A stretch of DNA of 30,274 nt from NCBI GenBank assembly GCA_043799385.1, contig JAZDNV010000023.1, positions 1 to 30,274 on the forward strand, written 5' to 3'. Source of the stretch: Candidatus Aenigmatarchaeota archaeon. Its GTDB lineage: Archaea > Aenigmatarchaeota > Aenigmatarchaeia > GW2011-AR5. The notes under the pieces were generated by a model. It was not told the DNA's origin and ran no database searches. It saw only the letters and a program-made list of their open reading frames with translations. Made by a program: the position numbers and the translations under genes. Positions 6,913-17,133 of the stretch are shown here, piece by piece; positions within the stretch are counted from its first letter, which is position 1, and each line of letters opens with the position of its first letter.

Positions 6913-8493
6913 ATGGCTAAAGAGATAAGAAGCGTGCCTTCAAAATCTATCAGTGAGTATACTGTTCCTGAATTATTGTTGCAACCTGGATATATACCCA
7001 AGGGGTTTTCAAGTGAAGAAGTCGATTTATCAGCTCCTGCAACAAGATACGAAATTGGCGAAGAGCCGAAATTAAAATTGCATTATTCTATTATAACTGC
7101 GCCGATGCAGGCGGTTTACAGCCCTGAACTCAACGTGGAAGCAGCAAAGATGGGAATACTGGCGATATCGCATTGCAGCCAGCCTATAGAAACCCAGGCA
7201 AAACAGAGGAGAGAAGTGCGAAACCGCAAAGCCGGATTCGTCACTCCAGATGTCGTTAATCCTGGGATGCTGATAGGCGATTTATTCAATTTATCTATAG
7301 AAAAGGGGTACTCAACGTTTCCTGTGACAAAGGACGGGACTCTGAAGACGGCGATGGTCGGGTACATAACAGCAAACGACTATGATTATGAATTGCACAA
7401 AAGCAAGAGGGTAAAGGACAGGATGATACCGAGAGAGGATGTCGTCGTTTCTTACTACGAAGACATCGGCGAGGACCCGCAAAAAGCGGACAGCATATTG
7501 AGAGACGGCCACCACGGAAGCATGCCAATACTGAGGAAAAGAGGCGAACCAATCGTGAAATGGTTTCCGTTCGTCAGGAAAAAAGACGAGACAATCGTTT
7601 ACATGGTTTTCAAAAGGGATATAGAAGAGCACAAAAAAAATCCTAATGCACTCGTTGACGAGCAGAAAAGGTACATCGGAGGCGACGCGATAAATACCAG
7701 GGACTATAAAGAACGCGTTCCTGCCCTGATTGAAGCCGGCTCAAAATTTTTATACATAACGACATCGCAGGCATATTCGGAATACGTTGCGGAAACTCTC
7801 AGATTCGTGCAGAAAGAATTTCCTGGTATTCCTGTAGGAGCAGGAAATATAGTAACAGAAGAAGGTTTCAGATTTCTAGTAGAGAACGGGGCAACGTGCG
7901 TTGGCATCGGCATGGGACCTGGCTCTATATGCATAACCCGAGAACAGATAGGCGTGGGTGACGCCCAGCTGACTGCCATTCTTAATGTTGCAAAAGCAAG
8001 GGACATATATTACAAAGAAACTGGAACATACATACCGATATGGGGCGACGGCGGGTTTTCAAAACCGCGCCACTTCGTTGTTGGTTACGTTGCAGGTGCT
8101 GACGGAATAATGGCTGGACGAGCGTTCGCTGGAACGTCTGAGAGCCCTACTGAAGTAAATTATAAAATGTCTCCGCCGTCAAAGCCTTACTGGGGCGAAG
8201 GCTCGAAAAGGGCAAGGTTGTGGGAAGAAGGAGTAAAAGACAGGTATGGTCATGATGTTTTTGAAGAAGGGGTTGAAGGATGGGTTGAATACGTTGGGCC
8301 TTTCACGCCTTATACGGAAAGATTAGTATTCACAGTTAAAGACGGCATGAGAAAAGGCGGGTGCGGAACAATACCTGATGCCCATGAAAACGGGGTATTG
8401 ATACCTATATCTGAAGGCGCATTGGAGGAAGGCCGTCCGCACGACATAAATATGAATGTCCCGAACAAGGCAACCGGTATTTCTAATGGTTGA
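6913..8493 (+). CDS. guaB: IMP dehydrogenase with CBS domains
   Basis: APMQAV, GAGNIVT, catalytic GMGPGSICITR, DGG, YWGEGS, EEGVEG. Confidence 0.92.
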   Translation: MAKEIRSVPSKSISEYTVPELLLQPGYIPKGFSSEEVDLSAPATRYEIGEEPKLKLHYSIITAPMQAVYSPELNVEAAKMGILAISHCSQPIETQAKQRREVRNRKAGFVTPDVVNPGMLIGDLFNLSIEKGYSTFPVTKDGTLKTAMVGYITANDYDYELHKSKRVKDRMIPREDVVVSYYEDIGEDPQKADSILRDGHHGSMPILRKRGEPIVKWFPFVRKKDETIVYMVFKRDIEEHKKNPNALVDEQKRYIGGDAINTRDYKERVPALIEAGSKFLYITTSQAYSEYVAETLRFVQKEFPGIPVGAGNIVTEEGFRFLVENGATCVGIGMGPGSICITREQIGVGDAQLTAILNVAKARDIYYKETGTYIPIWGDGGFSKPRHFVVGYVAGADGIMAGRAFAGTSESPTEVNYKMSPPSKPYWGEGSKRARLWEEGVKDRYGHDVFEEGVEGWVEYVGPFTPYTERLVFTVKDGMRKGGCGTIPDAHENGVLIPISEGALEEGRPHDINMNVPNKATGISNG

Positions 8494-8496
8494 TAA

Positions 8497-9828
<1,332 letters not shown>

Positions 9829-9851
9829 TTCTTTCCAAGCAATTCATAGTC

Positions 9852-10454
9852 ATGCTTGCACAGCTGAAGAACTCTTACAAGGCGAAAAAGCCTGCTATCG
9901 AAAAAAGGCTCAACGAATTCAAGAATCGCAAGGACGAGGAGATTTTTCACGAGCTTGCGTTCTGCTTATTGACGCCGCAATCACGAGCAAAAACGTGCTG
10001 GTCTGCTATCGAAAATTTAAAGAAGAATCGCCTGCTTTTTTCTGACGACCCAGGAGAGATAAGGAAATACATGACCGGCGTGCGATTTGCGAACACAAAG
10101 GCAAAACGAATACCTTTGGCGAGAAGATTGGTGAACGAAATCAGGGCGAGAAGAAATTCTAACCCATACGAACTGCGCGATTACTTGGTGAAGAACATAA
10201 ATGGTTACGGCTACAAAGAAGCTTCGCACTTCCTTCGCAACATCGGCTTCGATGATTTTGCAATACTTGACCGCCACATACTGAAGAATCTTCTCAGGTA
10301 CAAAGTGATAGACGAGATACCGAAAACACTGACAAAGAAGAGATATCTTGAAATCGAGTAGAAAATGAAAGAATTTTCGAAAAAAGTCGATATTCCGCTA
10401 TCGCATCTGGATCTGCTCTTCTGGTCCGAGGAGACAGGAGAGATATTCAAATAA
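9852..10454 (+). pseudogene. ogg: N-glycosylase/DNA lyase (8-oxoguanine glycosylase) with one in-frame TAG at 10359-10361
   Basis: ELAFCLLTPQS, GYGYKEASHFLRNIG and AILDRHIL motifs. The frame continues after TAG as KMKEFSKKVDIPLSHLDLLFWSEETGEIFK*, the expected C-terminus. Confidence 0.8.
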
Positions 10455-10555
10455 AATAATTTAAATACTTTTTTGACAGATTATTATAACAGGTAAGGTA
10501 AGTGAAGGCTTTTTCTTCATTTAATCTGACCAAAATAAAATAAGAGGTGTTTTGA

Positions 10556-10900
10556 ATGGAAAGGAGAGGTTTTGGTCATAGCAGTTTCGACAGGTTTGAC
10601 CAGCCAAAGCCCGTTAAAATCGGGGAAGAATACGATGTAAAGATAACAGACGTTGGAGCAAAAGGTGATGGCATTTGCAAAGTAGAGAATTTCATCATCT
10701 TTGTCCCAAACGTGAAGAAAGGAGAGAACTGCAAGATAAAGATAAAGGAAGTTGCAAGAAAATTCGCGATAGCCGAAAAAGTAGGTTCTGCAGACGTTAA
10801 AGAGGAATCAGACGAAGGCAAGGAAGAAGATGAATTACCTGAGGTTGAAGAGAAACTGAAATTCAAGGATGTTGACGAAGACAAGGAAGACACTTTCTAG
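10556..10900 (+). CDS. Single TRAM-domain RNA-binding protein with acidic tail
   Basis: PVKIGEEYDVKITDVGAKGDGICKVENFIIFVP; SD GAGGTG. Confidence 0.9.
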   Translation: MERRGFGHSSFDRFDQPKPVKIGEEYDVKITDVGAKGDGICKVENFIIFVPNVKKGENCKIKIKEVARKFAIAEKVGSADVKEESDEGKEEDELPEVEEKLKFKDVDEDKEDTF

Positions 10901-10962
10901 ATTCTTCATTTTTTTTCTTTTATTTTTATATTTCATTTATTTTTCGAAATCGGCCCATGCTA

Positions 10963-11388
10963 TCATAGGAGGCCCTTCTTCTTGGAATATATGAAAACAA
11001 TGCCAATGATTACTACAATCGCAAAGACAAGAAAACTGCCATAAACGAATTTCCAGATTATTTTTTCGGCAATCTCTTCAAAGGTTCCGGAGTATGGAAA
11101 CAAAAACACGCGGAAGAAGAACGCCTTTGTGCCGTGAATTATAAATGAATATAGAACGCCGAGAAACAGGACATTCTTCATGTTGAAGCTGCAATTCTTG
11201 ACTAGCTTCACCACGGATAATGCTACGAACAAAGCCCACAGAGCCTGCGTCACGTTCAGGACGAAAGGATACTGCGCAGATAACGGCAGTGCAATATAGT
11301 ATTGTGATACCACGACTACTAGCGATGCAATAACGTAGTATCTTATCGGCCATAGGTACTCACGAATCGCTTTACCGAATATTTCCAT
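10963..11388 (-). CDS. Multi-pass membrane protein
   Basis: About 4 hydrophobic segments. Confidence 0.75.
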   Translation of the reverse strand: MEIFGKAIREYLWPIRYYVIASLVVVVSQYYIALPLSAQYPFVLNVTQALWALFVALSVVKLVKNCSFNMKNVLFLGVLYSFIIHGTKAFFFRVFLFPYSGTFEEIAEKIIWKFVYGSFLVFAIVVIIGIVFIYSKKKGLL

Positions 11389-11437
11389 ATTCTTATTTTA
11401 AATACAGAGGTTAATAAAAGATTATTAGGCGCAAAAT

Positions 11438-11764
11438 ATGTACCTTAACAAAAAATTCCTGATACTGATTATCGGGCTGTTTATAGCAACCTACGTTCTT
11501 TCCACGTTCATTCCCGGAAAAACAAACGAGCCTCCGATAGTCGGCGGCGACAAGGACGAGCACGGCTGCATTGGCTCTGCAGGGTATAGTTGGTGCGAAG
11601 CCAAAAAGAAATGCCTGCGTTCTTGGGAAGAGAAATGCACGATAGGCGAAGATAAGCCAGTCGATATAGACGTGGACAAATACAAGCGCAACTGCCCGGA
11701 CGGGTACTGGTGCGACACGAAAAAGGAGTGCGTCCTGTCGTCAGACGACTGCGTAGCTGTTTGA
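11438..11764 (+). CDS. Exported Cys-rich protein
   Basis: N-terminal TM; VGGDKDEHGCIGSAGYSWC...C.R.WEE.C module. Confidence 0.8.
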   Translation: MYLNKKFLILIIGLFIATYVLSTFIPGKTNEPPIVGGDKDEHGCIGSAGYSWCEAKKKCLRSWEEKCTIGEDKPVDIDVDKYKRNCPDGYWCDTKKECVLSSDDCVAV

Positions 11765-11774
11765 ATTGTTTGAT

Positions 11775-12257
11775 ATGAAATCGGATAAAGTTTTTATTAT
11801 CGCTGTAATAATTACCATAATATTCTCAATTATTATGATATTTAACGTCAATCCTGATGTTGTATTGAAAGGGTATAGTCTTATCATAAGCAACAAATCT
11901 GTAGCTATTGTCCATTTTTCTAATAACTCTGTCAATGCTGAAATCGCCGATACGCCAGCGGAACGAACGCAGGGTTTGATGTTTCGTAAAAGTTTAGATG
12001 AAGACAACGGCATGCTCTTCATATTTGAAAGCAACGGCTACTACAGTTTTTGGATGAAAAATACCTACATACCGCTTGATATCATATGGATCAACAACAA
12101 TCACGTGATTCATATAGAACATGCGATTCCTTGCAACGATAGTTGTATATCTTATTATCCCAATTCATCTGCCAGGTACGTTCTGGAAGTAAACGGCGGC
12201 TTCACTGACAGATACAACATTAGAATCGGGGACACGATTACTATTGATTACCGTTAA
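11775..12257 (+). CDS. DUF192-family exported protein
   Basis: EIADTPAERTQGLMFR, GMLFIF, FWMKNTYIPLDIIW, YVLEVNGG. Confidence 0.9.
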   Translation: MKSDKVFIIAVIITIIFSIIMIFNVNPDVVLKGYSLIISNKSVAIVHFSNNSVNAEIADTPAERTQGLMFRKSLDEDNGMLFIFESNGYYSFWMKNTYIPLDIIWINNNHVIHIEHAIPCNDSCISYYPNSSARYVLEVNGGFTDRYNIRIGDTITIDYR

Positions 12258-12311
12258 TCGCTGTCAGCAAACCAAGATGAGACTGCTCTGCATCAGGCAT
12301 GGATTTTGTTT

Positions 12312-13298
12312 TTATCCCCTGATCACAGGATTGCCGAACATCAGATAAGCAAAGTTTCCGTAGCTCCACTCCAGTTTTGAATCACTGGGAGCCAGTCCAA
12401 TGTTGTTATTTTCCAGAGTTGGTGTGGCGCCTGCCACGTGTATCCCATCGCCAACGTTCACCATTGTGTTATTTTTTACAATGGCAGAGCCGCTCAATAT
12501 GACAATTCCAGTATGGACGTTATAAATCTTGTTATTTTCTATGACAGGGTTTCCTCCCTGGACATCTATGCCCTCATGGCCTGACTCCCATATCTCGTTG
12601 CCATAAATCTGCGAGGAAGAGAAACCTGAAGATATCGAGCCCCAGAATGTATAGTTTATTATATTGTTTTTGATGACTGTGTTCGGAGTATTGGGTCCCA
12701 AAGCGATGCCGTGTCTTGACCACTCGACTACACAGTACTCCATGATGCTTCTGTCAGCACCTACATGGATTCCAACCCAATCAGCGTAATTCGGTTTGGA
12801 AGCCTCAGAGGTAAAGATTATTCTTTTGTCTGGCGTTCCAATCGCCTTTAGTTTTCCATTGACGACCAAGTCAGAATGCGTTATCTCGTAGCTTTTCAGC
12901 CGCGTGGGGTCAAGGTCGTTATAGCCGTCTGGCGGAACCTCGTTGCCCCAGCCAACATCATCTCCAACGACAAACCTGACAACTGTTCCTGGTAGAATAG
13001 TCAGGTCACCATCGATGTGCGTGTCGCCTGTAATCAAGATTTCACCGCTCCATAGCTGATTTTCGTGGAACTTGCCAGATATAGAAGTGTTCTCAACGCG
13101 CTTTGCATTCTTCAACGCGTCGTCAATTGCTTCTTTCTCATCTAGCGTGGTATTGACGTCTGTTTGAGATTCTTCTGTCGGGAGTTCTTCTACATCTGTA
13201 TCATTTGTTGGCGCTTCTGATTTTTCGACACAACCACTGATAAAAATAATTATAAGAATCAAAATTAACAAAGGGGTTATAAAAAATAATTTTCTCAT
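12312..13298 (-). CDS. Putative lipoprotein with a right-handed beta-helix (NosD/pectin-lyase-like) domain
   Basis: Signal peptide ending in a lipobox (ISGC); LTILPGTVV, G.L.A.GT....I.FTS and repeated I.NN.I units. Confidence 0.8.
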   Translation of the reverse strand: MRKLFFITPLLILILIIIFISGCVEKSEAPTNDTDVEELPTEESQTDVNTTLDEKEAIDDALKNAKRVENTSISGKFHENQLWSGEILITGDTHIDGDLTILPGTVVRFVVGDDVGWGNEVPPDGYNDLDPTRLKSYEITHSDLVVNGKLKAIGTPDKRIIFTSEASKPNYADWVGIHVGADRSIMEYCVVEWSRHGIALGPNTPNTVIKNNIINYTFWGSISSGFSSSQIYGNEIWESGHEGIDVQGGNPVIENNKIYNVHTGIVILSGSAIVKNNTMVNVGDGIHVAGATPTLENNNIGLAPSDSKLEWSYGNFAYLMFGNPVIRG

Positions 13299-13340
13299 AA
13301 TAAATATTGATTTAAGATTATTTAATAATCTTTCCATAGG

Positions 13341-13442
13341 CTAGTTTCTAAATTCTTTTCCGCAGAAACCGCAGAAAACAATGCCATGAGCTTTGATTAT
13401 CTCGCCGCGAAAACCGTCACCGCAATAATGTTTCTTTTTCAT
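13341..13442 (-). CDS. Zinc-finger micro-protein (33 aa), paralog of 1116-1217
   Basis: MKKKHYCGDGFRGEIIKAHGIVFCGFCGKEFRN*; SD GAGGTG; same length as and 24/33 identical to the paralog. Confidence 0.8.
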   Translation of the reverse strand: MKKKHYCGDGFRGEIIKAHGIVFCGFCGKEFRN

Positions 13443-13475
13443 TTTCAAACACCTCAAACTTCACCCGTCATCTGC

Positions 13476-13521
13476 AAAAAAAGAAAAAGGCAATGGCCGG
13501 GTCCCGACTGGGACCCGCTCG
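13476..13521 (-). terminator. GC-rich hairpin followed by a U-tract (terminator-like)
   Basis: Minus strand CGGGUCCC-AGUC-GGGACCCG (8-bp perfect stem), then UUUUUCUUUUUUU about 10 nt later. Confidence 0.5.
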
Positions 13522-13670
13522 GCAAAACACGATGCGCCATCGAAACTATACTGATGGTTCTTCTTTTTTCTTTCTTGACATAGGACGACCACCTTCACCT
13601 TCATTCGAGCCGGGCCGAAAGGGGCTTGCGCGGATCAGGTCTTGGAGCATATCGCCATCCGCTTGGGCTC
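13495..13670 (-). ncRNA. Candidate structured RNA / cis-regulatory leader
   Basis: GC-rich intergenic island with stems GAGCC/GGCUC, GCGGAU/AUCCGC, CCAUC/GAUGG and the terminal hairpin. The strand is inferred from the U-tract and the downstream gene. Confidence 0.45.
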
Positions 13671-13773
13671 TATACATCAATTGTTTTCTTCCCATTATCT
13701 GATTTTCCCAAGAGCGCATGAAAAGTGAACAGTGACATGGAATTTATATTAATATTGCCTACAATCTATCTCT

Positions 13774-14802
13774 ATGAAGATGCTGCTTTCTGACGAGACG
13801 CTGTTCAAGGATGAAAACGTTTTTGATTTCAGCTACCTTCCTGAGCAGTTCACGCATCGAGACGCGCAACTTAAGTCGCTGGCGATGTGCATAAAGCCGG
13901 CAATGCGCGGAGCTAAGCCGCTGAACGCATTATTATACGGACCGCCAGCGACCGGCAAGACGACTGCAATCAAGACAGTTTTTCAGCAGCTGGAGGAAGA
14001 AACGGACAGAGCGGTCGCCGTACACGTGAATTGCCAGATTTATTCCTCGCCGTTCCGCGTGTTTTCGGAAATTCATAAAAAGATGTTCGGCTATCTGCCG
14101 CCGGAGACGGGTGTGCCTTTTTCGAACGTTTATGACAAAATTTTTCAGAAGTTGTCGAAAGAGGGCAAGACGCTTATCGTTGCATTGGATGATCTCAGCG
14201 GAGGCGATGAGATTCTCTATAATATTATCAGAGCGCATGAAGCATTCCCGAAAGCAAAGGCAGCAGTTTTTGCCGTGATGCCTGAGAATGCTATGCATAA
14301 ATTAGACGGACGCGTGCGATCGGTCTTTCAGCCGCAGCAGATAAGCTTTCCGCTATACAATGCGGGCGAGATATTCGACATACTAAAAGGCAGAGCAGAA
14401 ATCGGCTTTTATCCAAACGTTATTTCTGATGACATTATAAGAAAGATAGCAACGATTGCTTTTAGGAAGAATGATTCACGATTTGGAATCGAATTGTTAA
14501 AGCAATCGGCTATGACTGCAGAAAAGAACTCATCAAGAAAGATTGGAATCATTGATGTGGATAATGCGCTAAAAGCAATGATGCCATTGAGAGCAGAACG
14601 CAGCAATGATGAAGAAGCAATATTGAATTCACTGGCAAAGGGACCGATGAAATCCGGAGAACTTTATGATTCGTTGAAAAATAAGATGAGCTATTCAGGA
14701 TTGTACAGAACGCTGAAGAAATTAAAGGAAGCGAATCTTATTGAGATAAAGGAAACGAACCTGAAAAAAGGAAAAACGAGAATAATATCAAAGAGGAAAT
14801 GA
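13774..14802 (+). CDS. cdc6: Orc1/Cdc6-family AAA+ ATPase
   Basis: F.....YLPE....R, Walker A GPPATGKT, VNC, Walker B IVALDD, FPLY...EIFDIL..R, C-terminal wHTH. Confidence 0.88.
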   Translation: MKMLLSDETLFKDENVFDFSYLPEQFTHRDAQLKSLAMCIKPAMRGAKPLNALLYGPPATGKTTAIKTVFQQLEEETDRAVAVHVNCQIYSSPFRVFSEIHKKMFGYLPPETGVPFSNVYDKIFQKLSKEGKTLIVALDDLSGGDEILYNIIRAHEAFPKAKAAVFAVMPENAMHKLDGRVRSVFQPQQISFPLYNAGEIFDILKGRAEIGFYPNVISDDIIRKIATIAFRKNDSRFGIELLKQSAMTAEKNSSRKIGIIDVDNALKAMMPLRAERSNDEEAILNSLAKGPMKSGELYDSLKNKMSYSGLYRTLKKLKEANLIEIKETNLKKGKTRIISKRK

Positions 14803-14803
14803 T

Positions 14804-15175
14804 ATGAAAACAAAGATATTGCTTGATACCAACTTCCTGCTTGCGCCTGCTCAGTTCAAAGTCGATGTTTTTGAAGAGATGAAGAATTTTGGTGAGCCGG
14901 TCACGCTCGACGTATGCATCAACGAGCTGAAAAAACTATCGAAAAAGAAAGGCAATATCGGCAATGAGGCAAAAGTCGCACTTCTGCTGGTAAAGAAAAA
15001 TAATCTGAAAATCCTGAAGTCGTATAAGAAAAGAGCAGATTTCGCGCTCATGGATTGCGCTAAAAAGCTCGGTTGCACGATTGCGACAAATGATGTGAAA
15101 CTTATTAAAGCATTAAAAAATAAAGAAATAAAAGTTATAAGACTTAGGCAAAAGAAGTTTTTGACAATGGTGTAA
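14804..15175 (+). CDS. PIN-domain protein (Fcf1/Utp24-like)
   Basis: LLDTNFLL, NEL, ATND..L, IRLRQKKFL. Confidence 0.88.
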   Translation: MKTKILLDTNFLLAPAQFKVDVFEEMKNFGEPVTLDVCINELKKLSKKKGNIGNEAKVALLLVKKNNLKILKSYKKRADFALMDCAKKLGCTIATNDVKLIKALKNKEIKVIRLRQKKFLTMV

Positions 15176-15179
15176 TTGA

Positions 15180-17126
15180 ATGCTGATGATACCGTTAATC
15201 GCTAGTGTTTTTGCGCTGGTCTCTGCCTGTATACTTATTATATATTTGCTGAAGCAGGCAAAGGGCTCGGGCAAGATGATTGAGATACACGAAGCCATAA
15301 AGGAAGGCTCGATGTCTTATCTCAACAGGCAGTATAAAACGGTTGCAGTGATAGCAATAATTCTCGCTGTTGTTATTGCTATTTCAATAAACGTTCCTAC
15401 TGCTGTTACATTCGTTTTTGGTGCATTATCGTCCGCGTTGGCTGGTTATGTTGGAATGAATATCTCTATCCGCGCGAACGTACGCACGGCCGAGGCGGCG
15501 AAGAAAGGGCTTAGCTCGGCTTTGGGAATAGCGTTCAAGGGCGGGGCGGTCACTGGATTATTCGTTGTCGGCCTGGCGCTGCTCGGTCTGACCGTATTCT
15601 ATGATATTTATGGTGAGCCGTTGCTGATAGTCGGTTTCGGATTTGGCGCATGCCTGATTTCGCTTTTCGCCAGAATCGGCGGCGGAATATATACGAAAGC
15701 GGCGGACGTAGGCGCAGACCTAGTCGGAAAAGTAGAGGCAGGAATACCTGAAGACGATCCGCGCAATCCGGCTGTTATTGCCGATCAGGTCGGCGACAAT
15801 GTGGGCGACTGTGCAGGAATGGGCGCAGATTTATTCGAAACGTATGCAGTCACTGCGGTAGGCGCGATGCTGCTCGGTTCTCTGGTTTTAGGCAACGCTG
15901 GTATCGTTTATCCGCTAATGCTTGGCGCAGTTGCGATATTCGCATCGGTCATCGGCATCTTCTTTGTCCGTGTAAAAGAGAATATAATGAACGCATTATA
16001 CAAGGGAGTTATTGCAACCGGAATCATATCCGCTGTTTTGTTCTATTTCGTTGCGATAAACATGGCCCTGTTCTACTGCTCGCTGATTGGTATAATAATT
16101 GCAATATTATTGTTCGTAATAACAGAATACTATACGACAGATAAGTTCGCGCCTGTCAAGAGCATCGTCGAGGCGTCGAAAACTGGCGCCGGGACTAATA
16201 TAATAACAGGGCTTGCAGTCGGCATGCAATCAACTGTTCTTCCCGTATTGGTTATATCAGCAGGCATACTCGCATCATATTATCTTGCTAACGTTTACGG
16301 CATCGCGATAGCCGCAATGGCCATGCTGTCGCTGACCGGAATGATTATTGCATTGGATAGTTACGGGCCGATAACTGACAACGCCGGTGGTATTGCGGAG
16401 ATGTCTAACCTTAACAAAAGAATAAGGAACGTCACTGACAGGATGGATGCAGTCGGAAATACTACGAAAGCGGTGACGAAATCATTTGCAATCGGCTCGG
16501 CGGCGCTGGCAGCGTTAACATTATTCGCTGCTTACGTCAAGGAAGTGGAGATAGCAAAAGGCGCGCAATTGGTTTTCAGCATCGGCGATCCGCTAGTGCT
16601 TGTTGGTCTTTTCATCGGCGCGCTGATTCCGTTTTTGTTTAGTTCGCTGTGCATGCAAGCGGTCGGCAAAACTGCGTTCAAGGTCGTCGAGGAAGTCCGC
16701 GCGCAATTTAAAGGCATATTCAAGGGCAAGGCAAAGCCTAATTACGGCAGGTGCGTCGACATCGTAACTAAGTCAGCGATAAAGGAGATGACGATGCCAG
16801 CGTTGCTGGCAGTGATATCGCCATTGCTCGTCGGGTTTTTGCTCGGGCCGAAGGCGCTCGGTGGATTGCTGCTAGGTTCTATAATAAGCGGACTGCTGCT
16901 TGCGCTTATGCTCACTACTGGCGGAGCGGCGTGGGACAACGCGAAGAAGTCAATAGAAAAGAATAAGGGAAAAGGCACGGACACGCATAAAGCAGCTGTC
17001 GTAGGCGACACGGTAGGCGACCCGTGCAAAGACACTGCAGGACCTGCGATAAACCCGCTAATAAAGGTAATGAACACGATTGCAATTATATTTATACAGT
17101 TAATCGTGGCTTTTGCGATTTTTTAG
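15180..17126 (+). CDS. hppA: Membrane-integral proton-translocating pyrophosphatase, K+-independent type
   Basis: GGGIYTKAADVGADLVGKVE, DNVGDCAG, DNAGGIAEM, GNTTKA (Lys at the K+-dependence position), GDTVGDPCKDTAGP. Confidence 0.95.
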   Translation: MLMIPLIASVFALVSACILIIYLLKQAKGSGKMIEIHEAIKEGSMSYLNRQYKTVAVIAIILAVVIAISINVPTAVTFVFGALSSALAGYVGMNISIRANVRTAEAAKKGLSSALGIAFKGGAVTGLFVVGLALLGLTVFYDIYGEPLLIVGFGFGACLISLFARIGGGIYTKAADVGADLVGKVEAGIPEDDPRNPAVIADQVGDNVGDCAGMGADLFETYAVTAVGAMLLGSLVLGNAGIVYPLMLGAVAIFASVIGIFFVRVKENIMNALYKGVIATGIISAVLFYFVAINMALFYCSLIGIIIAILLFVITEYYTTDKFAPVKSIVEASKTGAGTNIITGLAVGMQSTVLPVLVISAGILASYYLANVYGIAIAAMAMLSLTGMIIALDSYGPITDNAGGIAEMSNLNKRIRNVTDRMDAVGNTTKAVTKSFAIGSAALAALTLFAAYVKEVEIAKGAQLVFSIGDPLVLVGLFIGALIPFLFSSLCMQAVGKTAFKVVEEVRAQFKGIFKGKAKPNYGRCVDIVTKSAIKEMTMPALLAVISPLLVGFLLGPKALGGLLLGSIISGLLLALMLTTGGAAWDNAKKSIEKNKGKGTDTHKAAVVGDTVGDPCKDTAGPAINPLIKVMNTIAIIFIQLIVAFAIF

Positions 17127-17133
17127 CTGATAG

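Noticed and set aside
10359..10361. Genome-wide TAG reassignment
   Set aside because: TAG ends several genes at their expected C-termini (hppA, DUF5661, TRAM, rps24e), and no other conserved gene here has an internal TAG.
13495..13670. tRNA, 5S rRNA, SRP RNA, TPP riboswitch or self-cleaving ribozyme
   Set aside because: No cloverleaf or T-loop and no 5S CCGAAC. CAGGTCTTGGAGCA lacks the SRP helix-8 GGAA loop, ACCUGAUC lacks the TPP UGAGA partner, and the hammerhead core is incomplete. An Rfam scan is still needed.
13386..13702. Plus-strand ORFs 13386-13583 and 13493-13702
   Set aside because: They are antisense to the better-supported micro-gene and structured leader, and show no recognisable protein features.
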